From Burkholderiales bacterium (GTDB lineage Bacteria > Pseudomonadota > Gammaproteobacteria > Burkholderiales > SG8-39): DNA of 64,000 nt. Shown here piece by piece: positions 29,158 to 37,662 of this stretch. Where the stretch lies: assembly GCA_965279075.1 (NCBI GenBank), contig CBDIHI010000007.1, forward strand, positions 219,870 to 283,869, in the 5' to 3' direction. The notes beneath the pieces were generated by a model. The model ran no database searches and was not told the origin of the DNA. It saw only the letters and a program-made list of their open reading frames with translations. Made by a program: the position numbers and the translations under genes. Every line of letters starts with the position of its first letter. Positions within the stretch are counted from its first letter, which is position 1.

Positions 29158-29505
29158 TCAGACGGACCGGCCGTCGAATTCCTGCACCGGGACCGACTTC
29201 AGGTCGATGTCCTCGAGGCAGCGGATGTTGATCGCGGCCATCCGGTTCCCTTTCGGGTCGGTGCCCTCGCCGTAGGGGTGGATGCCGCAGGTCTTGCAGA
29301 ACCGGTGCCGGATCGCGTGCTTGTTGAAGGTGTAGGCACCCGCGCCGTCTTCCCAGGTGTGCAGCTCGAGCCGCTCGCGCGGCACGAACCAGAGGAGCGA
29401 GCCCTTCCTGCTGCAGATCGAGCAGTTGCAGGCCATCGCGCCGTCGAGCTGGCCCTCGACGCTGAAGCGGATGCCGCCGCAGTGGCAGCTGCCGGTGTAC
29501 TTCAT
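29158..29505 (-). CDS. GFA/CENP-V family protein (glutathione-dependent formaldehyde-activating enzyme-like)
   Basis: 115 aa. Cys motifs CHCGGIRF, CNCSICSRKG and FCKTCG. Confidence 0.85.
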   Translation of the reverse strand: MKYTGSCHCGGIRFSVEGQLDGAMACNCSICSRKGSLLWFVPRERLELHTWEDGAGAYTFNKHAIRHRFCKTCGIHPYGEGTDPKGNRMAAINIRCLEDIDLKSVPVQEFDGRSV

Positions 29506-29915
29506 TCCGGGACGATGACCATCCAGCCCACGCCGAAGCGATCCTGCACCATGCCGAAGCGGGGCGAGAAGAAGGTCTTCGTGAGCGGCTGCTGCACCTG
29601 GCCGCCCGCGGCGAGCGCGTTGAACTTGGCGTCCGCGTCGGCAGCATCCTTCGCCGTGACCGACAGCGAGAAGCCGCGGAACTCGGGCTTTCCCGAGTTC
29701 ATGCCGTCGGAGGCCATGACTTCGGTGTCGCCGATCCGCAAGCAGGCGTGCATCACCTTGTGCTCCGAGCCTGGCGCCAAGCAGCCGGGCGGCGGCGGTT
29801 CGGGGCTGTCCTTGAAGTGCAGCAGCATCTCGACCTTGGCGCCGAGCGCCTGCTGGTAGAAGTCGATCGCTTCCTGGCAGCGACCGTCGAAGAACAGGTA
29901 GGGCTGGACTTTCAT
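29502..29915 (-). CDS. VOC-superfamily protein, PhnB/YjdN-like
   Basis: 137 aa. MKVQPYLFFDGRCQEAIDFYQQALGA is a typical PhnB-like N-terminus. ATGA overlap with the GFA gene. Confidence 0.8.
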   Translation of the reverse strand: MKVQPYLFFDGRCQEAIDFYQQALGAKVEMLLHFKDSPEPPPPGCLAPGSEHKVMHACLRIGDTEVMASDGMNSGKPEFRGFSLSVTAKDAADADAKFNALAAGGQVQQPLTKTFFSPRFGMVQDRFGVGWMVIVPE

Positions 29916-29931
29916 GGGGATCTCCAGTGAA

Positions 29932-29950
29932 TTGTGGACAGTGTCCACAA
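29932..29950. promoter_or_regulatory. Candidate TetR operator 1: 19-bp palindrome TTGTGGACA-G-TGTCCACAA
   Basis: Perfect 9+1+9 palindrome read directly in the 79-bp divergent region between the VOC gene (start 29915) and tetR (start 29995). Confidence 0.6.
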
Positions 29951-29963
29951 AATATACCGACTT

Positions 29964-29982
29964 TTGTGTACGGTGTCCACAT
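29964..29982. promoter_or_regulatory. Candidate TetR operator 2: TTGTGTACGGTGTCCACAT (degenerate copy of operator 1)
   Basis: Three mismatches to operator 1 across the 19 nt (two in the left arm, one at the last base). Starts 13 nt after operator 1 ends. Confidence 0.45.
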
Positions 29983-29994
29983 ATAATTGCCGCC

Positions 29995-30642
29995 ATGAAA
30001 AAGAAGCCTGCCTCCCCGCCCGAGCGGGACACCTACCGCCACGGCGACCTCAGGCGTGCCCTCGTGGACGCCGCGGTGGCGCTGGCGCGGGAGGGCGGCC
30101 CGGATGCAGTCGTGTTGCGCGAGGCCACTCGGCGCGCGGGTGTGGTGCCCAACGCCGCCTACCGGCATTTCGGCAGTCGCGAGCAACTGATGCTGGCCGT
30201 GCGTGCGGAAACGCTGGCGCTGCTGGCGTTGGCGATGGAGAAGGAACTCGCCGCGCTCGGCCCCGAGAAGGCCACGGCGGCCTACGCGCGGGCGAGCGTC
30301 CGCGCGGTGGGCATGGGCAACATAAAGTTTGCCCTGGACGAGCCCGGGCTGTATCGGACGGGCTTCACGATCGGCGAACTCGGCGCGGGCGACGGGGACC
30401 CGGCCAAGGCTGGCGCGAGCGGCATGAACCCCTTCCAACTGCTCGCCGCCGCCATGGACCGGCTGGTAAAGGCGGGCGTGCTGGCCCCGGAGCGGCGAGT
30501 AGGTGCGGAGTACGTGGGCTGGTCGGCCGTGCACGGCCTCGCCATGCTCGCGATCGCGGGACCGCTGCGGCGCCTGCCGCGCGCGAACATCGAGGCGCTG
30601 GGGCAGCTCGTGGTGGACATGGTGGAGAAGGGGATCGGCTGA
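29995..30642 (+). CDS. TetR/AcrR-family transcriptional regulator
   Basis: 215 aa. HTH region LREATRRAGVVPNAAYRHFGSREQLM. Divergent from the VOC-GFA-GST operon. Confidence 0.85.
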   Translation: MKKKPASPPERDTYRHGDLRRALVDAAVALAREGGPDAVVLREATRRAGVVPNAAYRHFGSREQLMLAVRAETLALLALAMEKELAALGPEKATAAYARASVRAVGMGNIKFALDEPGLYRTGFTIGELGAGDGDPAKAGASGMNPFQLLAAAMDRLVKAGVLAPERRVGAEYVGWSAVHGLAMLAIAGPLRRLPRANIEALGQLVVDMVEKGIG

Positions 30643-30762
30643 TGGAATTGGCCGGTTTCAATTCTGAAAAGCAAGGACTGGGGTCGGTCTCCTGTCAGTT
30701 AATGTACTGGTATCAGTACAAAATATCCTGAAATCTATACGACTCGACGTTCACTCCAAGTC

Positions 30763-30789
30763 AAAAATCCGCTTCGGCGGAATTTTTTT
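30763..30789. terminator. Bidirectional rho-independent terminator (AAAAA-TCCGC-TTCG-GCGGA-A-TTTTTTT)
   Basis: A 5-bp GC stem with a UUCG tetraloop, flanked by A5 and T7 runs. It sits about 120 nt after the tetR stop (+ strand) and about 36 nt after the 46-aa ORF stop (- strand). Confidence 0.6.
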
Positions 30790-30824
30790 GCGCCCGTTGT
30801 GAAACCGAAATGTGCGTCCGAAAC

Positions 30825-30965
30825 CTACTTCTTCTTCTGTGATACCTCGAGCACCGCATCCTCTAGCAATTGCGAAAAGTCCCGTTTGTGATCGGGCTTC
30901 GGCGCTTCCATAGCGACCTTCTTCGCCTCCGGCCTGACCCCATTCTTCGACTTCTGCTTCGTCAT
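30825..30965 (-). CDS. Hypothetical Lys-rich small protein (46 aa)
   Basis: Hand-translated as MTKQKSKNGVRPEAKKVAMEAPKPDHKRDFSQLLEDAVLEVSQKKK. Third-codon positions are mostly G/C, unlike the overlapping 91-aa frame. AAGGTGG lies upstream and a terminator downstream. No family recognised. Confidence 0.4.
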   Translation of the reverse strand: MTKQKSKNGVRPEAKKVAMEAPKPDHKRDFSQLLEDAVLEVSQKKK

Positions 30966-31282
30966 GGGCCCCACCTTTTCGGCCGAAACCCCGGAACTTC
31001 TGGAGGTGAATTCTTGCTTCCGGCAACCATGCGGTCGCTATCTACCGGATTCGATATTCCAATAAATTCATGATGTTACGAGCGATCAAAAAAAGCGGAA
31101 AATCGTCCTGCAAAAGGGCCTAGAATCCCCTTCCGCTAATACCGGTTAACTGTATAAATTAACAGCATATTTACCGCATAGCTTGCCAGTTTTACCAACC
31201 TCACAGGAGACGAAGATGAGGAGATAAGACTGCCGCCGTTGGTAATCGCAGGGCCCGCACACTTCGGCGGCGGATAAAGCAA

Positions 31283-31329
31283 GGCCGGTATGGGTTCCTT
31301 TCTTCTCAGGGACAGGACTCATACCGGCC
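31283..31329 (-). other. Strong hairpin (10-bp stem GGCCGGTATG/CATACCGGCC, 27-nt loop); on the minus strand it is followed by TTGCTTTAT
   Basis: Read directly. It lies in a ~570-bp non-coding stretch downstream of the TA operon. It could be a terminator or part of an sRNA. Confidence 0.3.
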
Positions 31330-31538
31330 GGGGCGGGTGCTACATGTGGGGCGCGCAGGGTGCCAGTCAGACCTCCTAAGTCGCGGCTGCGGGGCTCGTT
31401 TCCCCGGCGCTCCACCCTTCTTCTTGCGGGCAGCACTGTAAACCTATCTAACCGGCTCGCCAAATATTGCGAATTTCGGCCCCTACTTGTCAGTAGGGAA
31501 CAAATGCGACATTTCTTCGATTGGAGGCTGGATCCGCC

Positions 31539-31892
31539 TCAGGCAACCTGCGCCAGCGGAAACCGGATCTCCACAGAATCGAAAGGCACCGAGATCGTGC
31601 CGTCGTCCGCTCGTTCGACCAGGCCCAGTTCCACGAGTCGAACCACATCGGTGTGAATGTTCGAGTAGTTGCGCTCGGCGGTTTTCGCCAGCGCGTAGAC
31701 GCTGCAGGGCCCCGCGCGGCGCAGCGTGTCGAGGAGGTCGAGGCGGGCCGGGGTCAACTCGGCGAACAACGCGCGTGCCGACTCGAAGCTCAGGCGGTAA
31801 TCGGGCGCCTGCCCGCGACGTGCGCCGGCAACCTGCTGCGCGACGGCTCCGAAGATCGATCCCTTGCGGCTCAACTCGATGATTGCTTTCAT
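31539..31892 (-). CDS. HTH DNA-binding protein, putative antitoxin (TumA/HVO_A0114-like)
   Basis: 117 aa. LTPARLDLLDTLRRAGPCSVYALAKTAERNYSNIHTDVVRLVELGLVE is a wHTH. Starts 3 nt after the DUF6516-like gene stop. Confidence 0.65.
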   Translation of the reverse strand: MKAIIELSRKGSIFGAVAQQVAGARRGQAPDYRLSFESARALFAELTPARLDLLDTLRRAGPCSVYALAKTAERNYSNIHTDVVRLVELGLVERADDGTISVPFDSVEIRFPLAQVA

Positions 31893-31895
31893 GGC

Positions 31896-32183
31896 TCAGC
31901 CCCAGTCGTTGACGTCTCTTTCGAAGTCCGACAGCAACTGCTCGATCGTGGTGAAGACGTAGTCATCTTCGCGATCCCCCAGATGCCGGTGGTCGCCCTT
32001 GCCGCGTTCGTTGTCGTACCTGACCCGGCTGGCTCCCGCAGCACCGTAGAACAGCCGGTACTTGAACCTGTGAGTGCTTGGCGAAAGCGGCTCGGAAAGC
32101 TCCCAGATGACGATCTCGACGATCGAGCCGTCGTCGCGCACTTCCTTGGCTTGCGCGACGAGCACCGCAGGCGTGTATTGCAT
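31896..32183 (-). CDS. DUF6516-family protein, putative toxin (TumE-like)
   Basis: 95 aa. FKYRLFY...RVRYDNERGKGDHRH matches my recollection of the DUF6516 RYDN...H.H core. Paired with the HTH gene. No SD sequence upstream. Confidence 0.6.
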   Translation of the reverse strand: MQYTPAVLVAQAKEVRDDGSIVEIVIWELSEPLSPSTHRFKYRLFYGAAGASRVRYDNERGKGDHRHLGDREDDYVFTTIEQLLSDFERDVNDWG

Positions 32184-32189
32184 GGTAGC

Positions 32190-32220
32190 AATATAGTCGA
32201 GGGATTGTCCATTCGATCAA
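32190..32220 (-). promoter_or_regulatory. Candidate sigma70 promoter for the TA operon (TTGATC-N19-TATATT), -10 box only 6 nt from the ATG
   Basis: Read on the minus strand. The spacer is 19 nt, which is long. There is no SD, so a leaderless transcript is conceivable. Confidence 0.25.
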
Positions 32221-32287
32221 ACGTCCGGCGTTCTCGGGCCGTTGACCCACGAACGCGCGGCTCGACGTTGCGGTTTGGCATACGGAT

Positions 32288-32312
32288 AAAAAAAGGCCCG
32301 CCGGAGCGGGCC
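32288..32312 (-). terminator. Rho-independent terminator of the coxSLM-like operon (GGCCCGC-TCCG-GCGGGCC + T7 on minus strand)
   Basis: A 7-bp GC stem with a 4-nt loop. The A7 run on the plus strand is a U-tract on the minus strand. It lies 20 nt after the coxM-like stop. Confidence 0.7.
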
Positions 32313-32332
32313 TTGTCATGGCAGCTTGAGAC

Positions 32333-33133
32333 CTATTTGCCCAGCGCCTGCGTCACGGCGCGCTTGGCCATCACGGTGATCAGGTGCGCGCGGTACTCCG
32401 CCGAACCGTGCAGGTCCGCGTTGAGGTCGGAGGCCTTGACGGTGTCGGCCGGCACGGCGTCGGGCGAGAAGTTCGCCGCGAGCGCCTTCTCGATCGCCGG
32501 CACGCGGAACACGCAGGACGCCGCCCCCGTGACCGCGACGCGCACGCCGGAAGCCGTCTCCGCGACGAACACGCCGACCAGCGCGAAGCGCGAGGCGGGG
32601 TTCTTGAACTTGATGTATCCCGCGCGCTTGGCCGAGGGGAAGGTGACCGCGGTGATCAGTTCTCCCGGTGCCAGCGCGGTCTCGAACAGGCCCTTGAAGA
32701 AGTCGTCGGCCGCGATCTTGCGTTTGTTCGTCGTGATCGTCGCGCCGAGGCCCAGCACGGCGGCCGGGTAGCAGGCGGCCGGATCGCTGTTGGCGAGCGA
32801 CCCGCCGATGGTGCCCATGTGCCGAACCTGCCGGTCGCCGATGCCGCCGGCGAGGCGCGCGAGCGCGGGGATCATCTTCTTCACGTCGGCGTTGGCTTCG
32901 ACGTCCGCGTGCCGCGTCATCGCGCCTATGGTGACCGAGGTGCCTTCCACCTTGATGCCGGTGAGCTCCTTCACGCCGCCGAGGTCGACGATGTCGGTCG
33001 GCGAGGCGAGGCGCAGCTTCATGGCCTGCACGAGGCTCTGGCCGCCGGCGAGGATCTTGCCGTCGCCGTGCTTGGCGGCGAGCGACAGGGCGTCCGCGAG
33101 GGACGTGGGCTTGTGGTAGCTGAATGCGTGCAT
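32333..33133 (-). CDS. XDH/CO-dehydrogenase family FAD-binding medium subunit (CoxM-like)
   Basis: 266 aa. MHAFSYHKPTSLADAL...ILAGGQSLVQAMKLR FAD-binding domain. Confidence 0.9.
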   Translation of the reverse strand: MHAFSYHKPTSLADALSLAAKHGDGKILAGGQSLVQAMKLRLASPTDIVDLGGVKELTGIKVEGTSVTIGAMTRHADVEANADVKKMIPALARLAGGIGDRQVRHMGTIGGSLANSDPAACYPAAVLGLGATITTNKRKIAADDFFKGLFETALAPGELITAVTFPSAKRAGYIKFKNPASRFALVGVFVAETASGVRVAVTGAASCVFRVPAIEKALAANFSPDAVPADTVKASDLNADLHGSAEYRAHLITVMAKRAVTQALGK

Positions 33134-33143
33134 GTGATTCTCC

Positions 33144-35510
33144 TTATGCTGCTTTTTTCTGTTTGGCGTTCTGTATCGTTTTCCACACCGTCTGCGGGCT
33201 GGCCGGCATCGGGAGGTCCTGGATGCCGTACGGCTGCAGTGCGTCGGTGATGGCGTTCATCAGCGCCGCGGGCGCGCCGATCGCGCCGGCCTCCCCGCAG
33301 CCCTTCACCCCGAGCGGGTTGTGGGTGCAGGCGGTGACGCGCGTGTCGAGCTGGTAGCTGGGCACGTCGTCCGCGCGCGGCATGGTGTAGTCCATGAACG
33401 AGCCGGTGACGAGCTGACCGCTCTCGGGGTCGTACCTGCAGCCCTCGAGCAGCGCCTGGCCTATGCCCTGGGTGAGCCCGCCGTGCACCTGGCCCTCGAC
33501 GATCATCGGGTTGATGATGTTGCCGAAGTCGTCGACCGCGGTGAACTTCTCGATCTTCGTGACACCGGTGTCCGGGTCGATCTCGACCTCGCAGACGTAC
33601 GAGCCGGCCGGGAACGTGAAGTTCGTCGGGTCGTAGAACGCATTCTCGTTGAGGCCGGGCTCGAGCTTGTCGAGCGGGTAGTTGTGCGGCACGTAGGCCG
33701 CGAAGGCCACCTCGCCGATGGTCTTCTGCTTGTCGGTGCCGGCGACCTTGAACACGCCGCGGTCGTACTCGATGTCGGTCTCGGCGGCCTCCAGCATGTG
33801 GGCGGCGATCTTCTTGCCCTTGGCGATGATCTTGTCGAGCGCCTTGACGATGGCCGTGCCGCCGACGGCAATCGACCTCGAGCCGTAGGTGCCCATGCCG
33901 AACAGGACCTTGGACGTGTCACCGTGGACGATGTCGACGTTCTCGATCGGGATGCCGAGGCGGTCGGCCACGACCTGCGCGAACGTGGTCTCGTGGCCCT
34001 GGCCATGCGAGTGCGAGCCGGTGAAGACTGTCACGCTGCCGGTCGGGTGCATGCGCACCTCGCCCGCTTCGAACAGGCCCGCGCGCGCGCCTAGTGCACC
34101 CGCGATGTTCGAGGGCGCGATGCCGCAGGCCTCGATGTACGCGGCATACCCCAGGCCGCGCAGCTTGCCCTTCGCCTCGGAGGCCTTCTTGCGCGCCGCG
34201 TAGCCGGCGACGTCGGCCATCTTGATCGCCGCGGTCAGCGTGGCGTCGTAGTCGCCGGTGTCGTACATCAGCGCAACCGGCGTTTGGTACGGGAAGGTCT
34301 TGATGAAGTTGCGCCGGCGGATCTCGGCCGGGTCGAGCTTCATGTCGCGCGCGGCCTGCTCGACGATGCGCTCGACCACGTAGGTCGCCTCCGGGCGACC
34401 CGCGCCGCGGTAGGCGTCGACGGGCACGGTATTGGTGAACACCGCCGTCACCTCGCAATGGATCACCGGCGTCGTGTACTGGCCGGCGAGCAGCGTCGCG
34501 TAGAGGATGGTCGGCACGCAGGAGGCGAAGGTCGACAGGTAGGCCCCGACGTTCGCGGTGGTCTTCACGCGCATGCCGAGGAATTTGCCGTCCTTGTCCA
34601 TCGCGAGTTCGACCGTGGTCACGTGGTCGCGGCCGTGCGCGTCCGAGACGAAGGACTCGCTGCGCTCCGCCGTCCACTTCACCGGGCGGTTGATCTGCTT
34701 CGAAGCCCAGGTGACGACGACGTCCTCGGCGTACAGGTAGATCTTGGAGCCGAAGCCGCCGCCTACGTCCGGGGCGACGACGCGCACCTTGTGCTCGGGC
34801 AGGCCGAGCACGAAGGCGGTCATCAGGAGGCGCTCGACGTGCGGGTTCTGGCTCGCGACGTAGAGCGTGTAGCTGTCGTCGGCGCGGGAGTACATCCCGT
34901 TGGCGGCGCGCGGCTCGATCGCGTTGGGGATAAGCCGGTTGTTGACGAGGTCGAGTTTCGAGACATGCGCGGCCTTGGCGAAGGCGGCGTCGCATGCCGC
35001 CTTGTCGCCGATCGCCCACACGTAGCAGGTATTGTCCGGCGCCACCTCGTGCAGTTGCGGGGCGCCCTTGGCGCGCGCCTGGCTGGTCGAGGTCACCGAG
35101 GGCAGCACGCCGTAGTCGACGTCCACGAGCGCGGCGGCGTCATGCGCCTGGTCGAGCGTTTCGGCGATCACGACGGCGACCTGGTCGCCGACGTGGCGCA
35201 CCTTGCCCTGCGCGAGGGACGGGTGGACCGGCTCCTTCATGGGCTGGCCGTCGACGTCGGTGATCAGCCAGCCGCACGGCAGGCCGCCGACCTTGAGGTC
35301 CTCGCCGGTGAACACGGCGAGCACGCCGGGGGACTTGAGGGCCTTCGACTTGTCGACCGATTTAATCGTGGCGTGGGCATGCGGCGAGCGCACGAACACG
35401 GCATAGGTCTGGTGGGGCAGGGTCACGTCGTCCGTGTACTGTCCCGCGCCGGTGAGGAACCGGTAGTCTTCCTTGCGCTCGATGCGTGCGCCGATCAGCG
35501 GTGCGTTCAT
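33144..35510 (-). CDS. XDH/CO-dehydrogenase family Mo-binding large subunit (CoxL-like, form II loop AYRGAGR)
   Basis: 788 aa. [24 protein letters not shown]-terminus and loop [17 protein letters not shown]. Confidence 0.9.
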   Translation of the reverse strand: MNAPLIGARIERKEDYRFLTGAGQYTDDVTLPHQTYAVFVRSPHAHATIKSVDKSKALKSPGVLAVFTGEDLKVGGLPCGWLITDVDGQPMKEPVHPSLAQGKVRHVGDQVAVVIAETLDQAHDAAALVDVDYGVLPSVTSTSQARAKGAPQLHEVAPDNTCYVWAIGDKAACDAAFAKAAHVSKLDLVNNRLIPNAIEPRAANGMYSRADDSYTLYVASQNPHVERLLMTAFVLGLPEHKVRVVAPDVGGGFGSKIYLYAEDVVVTWASKQINRPVKWTAERSESFVSDAHGRDHVTTVELAMDKDGKFLGMRVKTTANVGAYLSTFASCVPTILYATLLAGQYTTPVIHCEVTAVFTNTVPVDAYRGAGRPEATYVVERIVEQAARDMKLDPAEIRRRNFIKTFPYQTPVALMYDTGDYDATLTAAIKMADVAGYAARKKASEAKGKLRGLGYAAYIEACGIAPSNIAGALGARAGLFEAGEVRMHPTGSVTVFTGSHSHGQGHETTFAQVVADRLGIPIENVDIVHGDTSKVLFGMGTYGSRSIAVGGTAIVKALDKIIAKGKKIAAHMLEAAETDIEYDRGVFKVAGTDKQKTIGEVAFAAYVPHNYPLDKLEPGLNENAFYDPTNFTFPAGSYVCEVEIDPDTGVTKIEKFTAVDDFGNIINPMIVEGQVHGGLTQGIGQALLEGCRYDPESGQLVTGSFMDYTMPRADDVPSYQLDTRVTACTHNPLGVKGCGEAGAIGAPAALMNAITDALQPYGIQDLPMPASPQTVWKTIQNAKQKKAA

Positions 35511-35550
35511 GGTTGTCTCCTGGTAATAGTTCTGCTGACTACTTCCGGAA

Positions 35551-36024
35551 TTACTTCGCCATCGCCTTGGCGCCGGCGGCGATCGACTTCACGATGTTGT
35601 GGTACCCGGTGCAGCGGCACAGGTTGCCCTCAAGCCCCTCGCGGATCTCGGTCTCGGTGAGGTTCGGGCGGCCCTTGGCGAGGTCGATCGCGTTCATGAC
35701 CATGCCCGGGGTGCAGAAGCCGCACTGCAGGCCGTGGTTCTCCTTGAACGCCGCCTGCATCGGGTGCAGCGTGCCGTCGGCGGCGGCGATCCCCTCGATC
35801 GTCACGATGTCCGCGCCCTGGGCCTGCATGGCCAGCATCGAGCAGGACTTCACGGCCTTGCCGTTCATATGGACCGTGCAGGCGCCGCACTGGGCCGTGT
35901 CGCAGCCCACGTGGGTGCCCGTCAGGCGCAGTTCCTCGCGGATCACGGTGACGAGCAGCGTGCGCTCCTCCACCTCGACGGACGCGGGCTTGCCGTTGAC
36001 GGTCAGGGATACTTTGACGGACAT
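35551..36024 (-). CDS. (2Fe-2S)-binding small subunit (CoxS-like)
   Basis: 157 aa from [12 protein letters not shown]. Motifs [18 protein letters not shown] and CRCTGY. Start moved to ATG 36024. Confidence 0.9.
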   Translation of the reverse strand: MSVKVSLTVNGKPASVEVEERTLLVTVIREELRLTGTHVGCDTAQCGACTVHMNGKAVKSCSMLAMQAQGADIVTIEGIAAADGTLHPMQAAFKENHGLQCGFCTPGMVMNAIDLAKGRPNLTETEIREGLEGNLCRCTGYHNIVKSIAAGAKAMAK

Positions 36025-36357
36025 GGGGACCTCCTTTTCTCTCGGATTTTCCGGTTTGTGTTCTGGGGTGCGGCCGGGCTGGACTGCGCTCGCATTGCCA
36101 CGCAAGCGGTGCCCGGAGCGAGTTGCAGCCGATGCTACTGCACGCGGTTTGCACCCGCAACCGCGAACGGGGCGATGGTCGAATCGGGCGGTACGGCGCG
36201 TTCCGGACGACTCCTGTCGCGAGGCCGGATGTTGCGCTGCATCAATCGCGACGGTACGGATAGTCCGCGACCGTCAGCAAGTCGACAGCCACGCGCAAGC
36301 TGACGGCAAAGCCCCGCTGATAGCTTGCATCCCCTCTGTGATCTTGGTTCCAGATCG

Positions 36358-37641
36358 ATGGCCCGATTCGCACCCACGGTTTTGCTGCTCGCCCTCGCGG
36401 CGGGGTCCCTCCCGGCTTCGGCCCGGGACCTGACGCTCGCCGAGACCGAACAGCAGGTCGCCCGGGCCAACCGTGACGTGCAGGCCGCGCGCCGGGCGGC
36501 CGAATCGGCCGCCGCGGGCATCCTGCAGGCGGACGTGCGCCCGAACCCGGTGCTGTCCTACAACGCCACGGGGATCGGCAACAACCCCGGCATCGGGGCC
36601 GGGTCGCTCGCCAGCAAGCGCATCGACAACACCTTCCGCATCGACCAGACGCTGGAACGCGGCAACAAGCGCGAACTGCGCGTGGACGCCGCACAGGGGC
36701 TGGAGCGGGCCGCGAAGAACGACGCCCTCGAAGTGCTGCGCCAGCAGCTCCTGCTTGCGCGCAGTGCCTACGCCGACCTGCAGCAGGCGCAGGGCAAGGC
36801 CGTCATCCTCGCCGGCATCGCGGATCTCTTCGGCAAGACCTATTCGGCCGCGCAAGTGCGCCAGAAGGCGGGCGACCTTGCCACAGCCGACGTGGCCCGC
36901 GTACAGGTGGATTACGAACGTGCGCAGAACGACCTGCGCGTCGCGGAAGCGGAGCTGGCGCGCGCGCGCTTTGCCCTTTCGCTGCTGCTTGCCGACGAGG
37001 CTGCCGCCCCGGACCTGCGCGCCGTGGACCCCTGGCCTGCGGTGACGGCCCCGGACCCGGCGCAGGTCGGGCAGGCCATCGAGTCCCGGCCCGACGTGCT
37101 GGCGGCCAAGTCGCGCATCGAGGCCACCGACAAGCTGCGCGACCTGGCGCGCAGCCAGAGGACTCGCGACGTGACCGTAGGCGCGCAATTCGAGCGCTAC
37201 CCGGGGAACCTCCCGGTCAACAGCCTCGGCTTCGGCGTGGCGATCCCCCTCTTCCTCGGCAACGATTTCTCCGGCGACATCCAACGCGCCGAAGTGGACC
37301 GTTACGCGGCGCTCGATGCGCTGGAGCGCGCCCGCGCCGTCGCCGGCAGCGAGGTCTCGCGCGCCGCGTCCGACCTGCGCGCCGCCGGCGAGCGCCGCGC
37401 GCGCTACGACGGCTCGCTCCTCGCCGCCGCGCAGCGCTCGGCGGACGCGGCCGAGTTCGCGTTCCAGCGCGGCGCCACTTCGGTGCTCGAGGTGCTGGAC
37501 GCGCGCCGGACATTGCGATCCGTGCAGCTCGAGGCGCTGGCCGCGCGCACCGAGTACTCGAAGGCCCTGTACGCGTGGCAGGCGAGCCTGCAGACCGCAG
37601 GGACCCTGCCCCAGCCGCCCGCCGCGCGCACCGCGCCCTGA
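36358..37641 (+). CDS. Outer-membrane efflux factor, TolC/CzcC family
   Basis: Signal peptide MARFAPTVLLLALAAGSLPASA and two OEP repeats. First gene of the RND operon. Confidence 0.85.
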   Translation: MARFAPTVLLLALAAGSLPASARDLTLAETEQQVARANRDVQAARRAAESAAAGILQADVRPNPVLSYNATGIGNNPGIGAGSLASKRIDNTFRIDQTLERGNKRELRVDAAQGLERAAKNDALEVLRQQLLLARSAYADLQQAQGKAVILAGIADLFGKTYSAAQVRQKAGDLATADVARVQVDYERAQNDLRVAEAELARARFALSLLLADEAAAPDLRAVDPWPAVTAPDPAQVGQAIESRPDVLAAKSRIEATDKLRDLARSQRTRDVTVGAQFERYPGNLPVNSLGFGVAIPLFLGNDFSGDIQRAEVDRYAALDALERARAVAGSEVSRAASDLRAAGERRARYDGSLLAAAQRSADAAEFAFQRGATSVLEVLDARRTLRSVQLEALAARTEYSKALYAWQASLQTAGTLPQPPAARTAP

Positions 37642-37662
37642 ACGACGAACCGACGGAACCGA

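Noticed and set aside
30751-31026. 91-aa minus-strand track ORF (TTG start)
   Set aside because: It has a low G/C third-position bias compared with the overlapping 46-aa frame, an odd Gly/Glu/Arg composition and no RBS. The 46-aa frame is preferred.
31146-31463. 105-aa minus-strand ORF and overlapping 98-aa plus-strand ORF in the islet
   Set aside because: No RBS. Both span the strong hairpins, their compositions do not look protein-like, and they are mutually overlapping. The region is treated as non-coding.
32333-36024. Genuine aerobic carbon monoxide dehydrogenase (coxSLM)
   Set aside because: The large subunit carries AYRGAGR (form II-type), not the AYRCSFR loop of CO-oxidising form I enzymes. 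The coxDEF accessory genes are not adjacent. It is called only as a CoxSLM-like Mo hydroxylase.
36090-36130. Sigma-54 promoter upstream of the coxS-like gene (TGGCAATGCGAGCGC on minus strand)
   Set aside because: The -12 element does not match TTGC. It is a single weak hit, and no enhancer-binding protein gene is nearby.
36271-36306. Inverted repeat CCGTCAGC-N20-GCTGACGG upstream of the czcC-like gene as an RR operator
   Set aside because: It is real in the sequence. But OmpR-family regulators usually bind direct repeats, and the spacing is unusual. There is not enough evidence to call a site.
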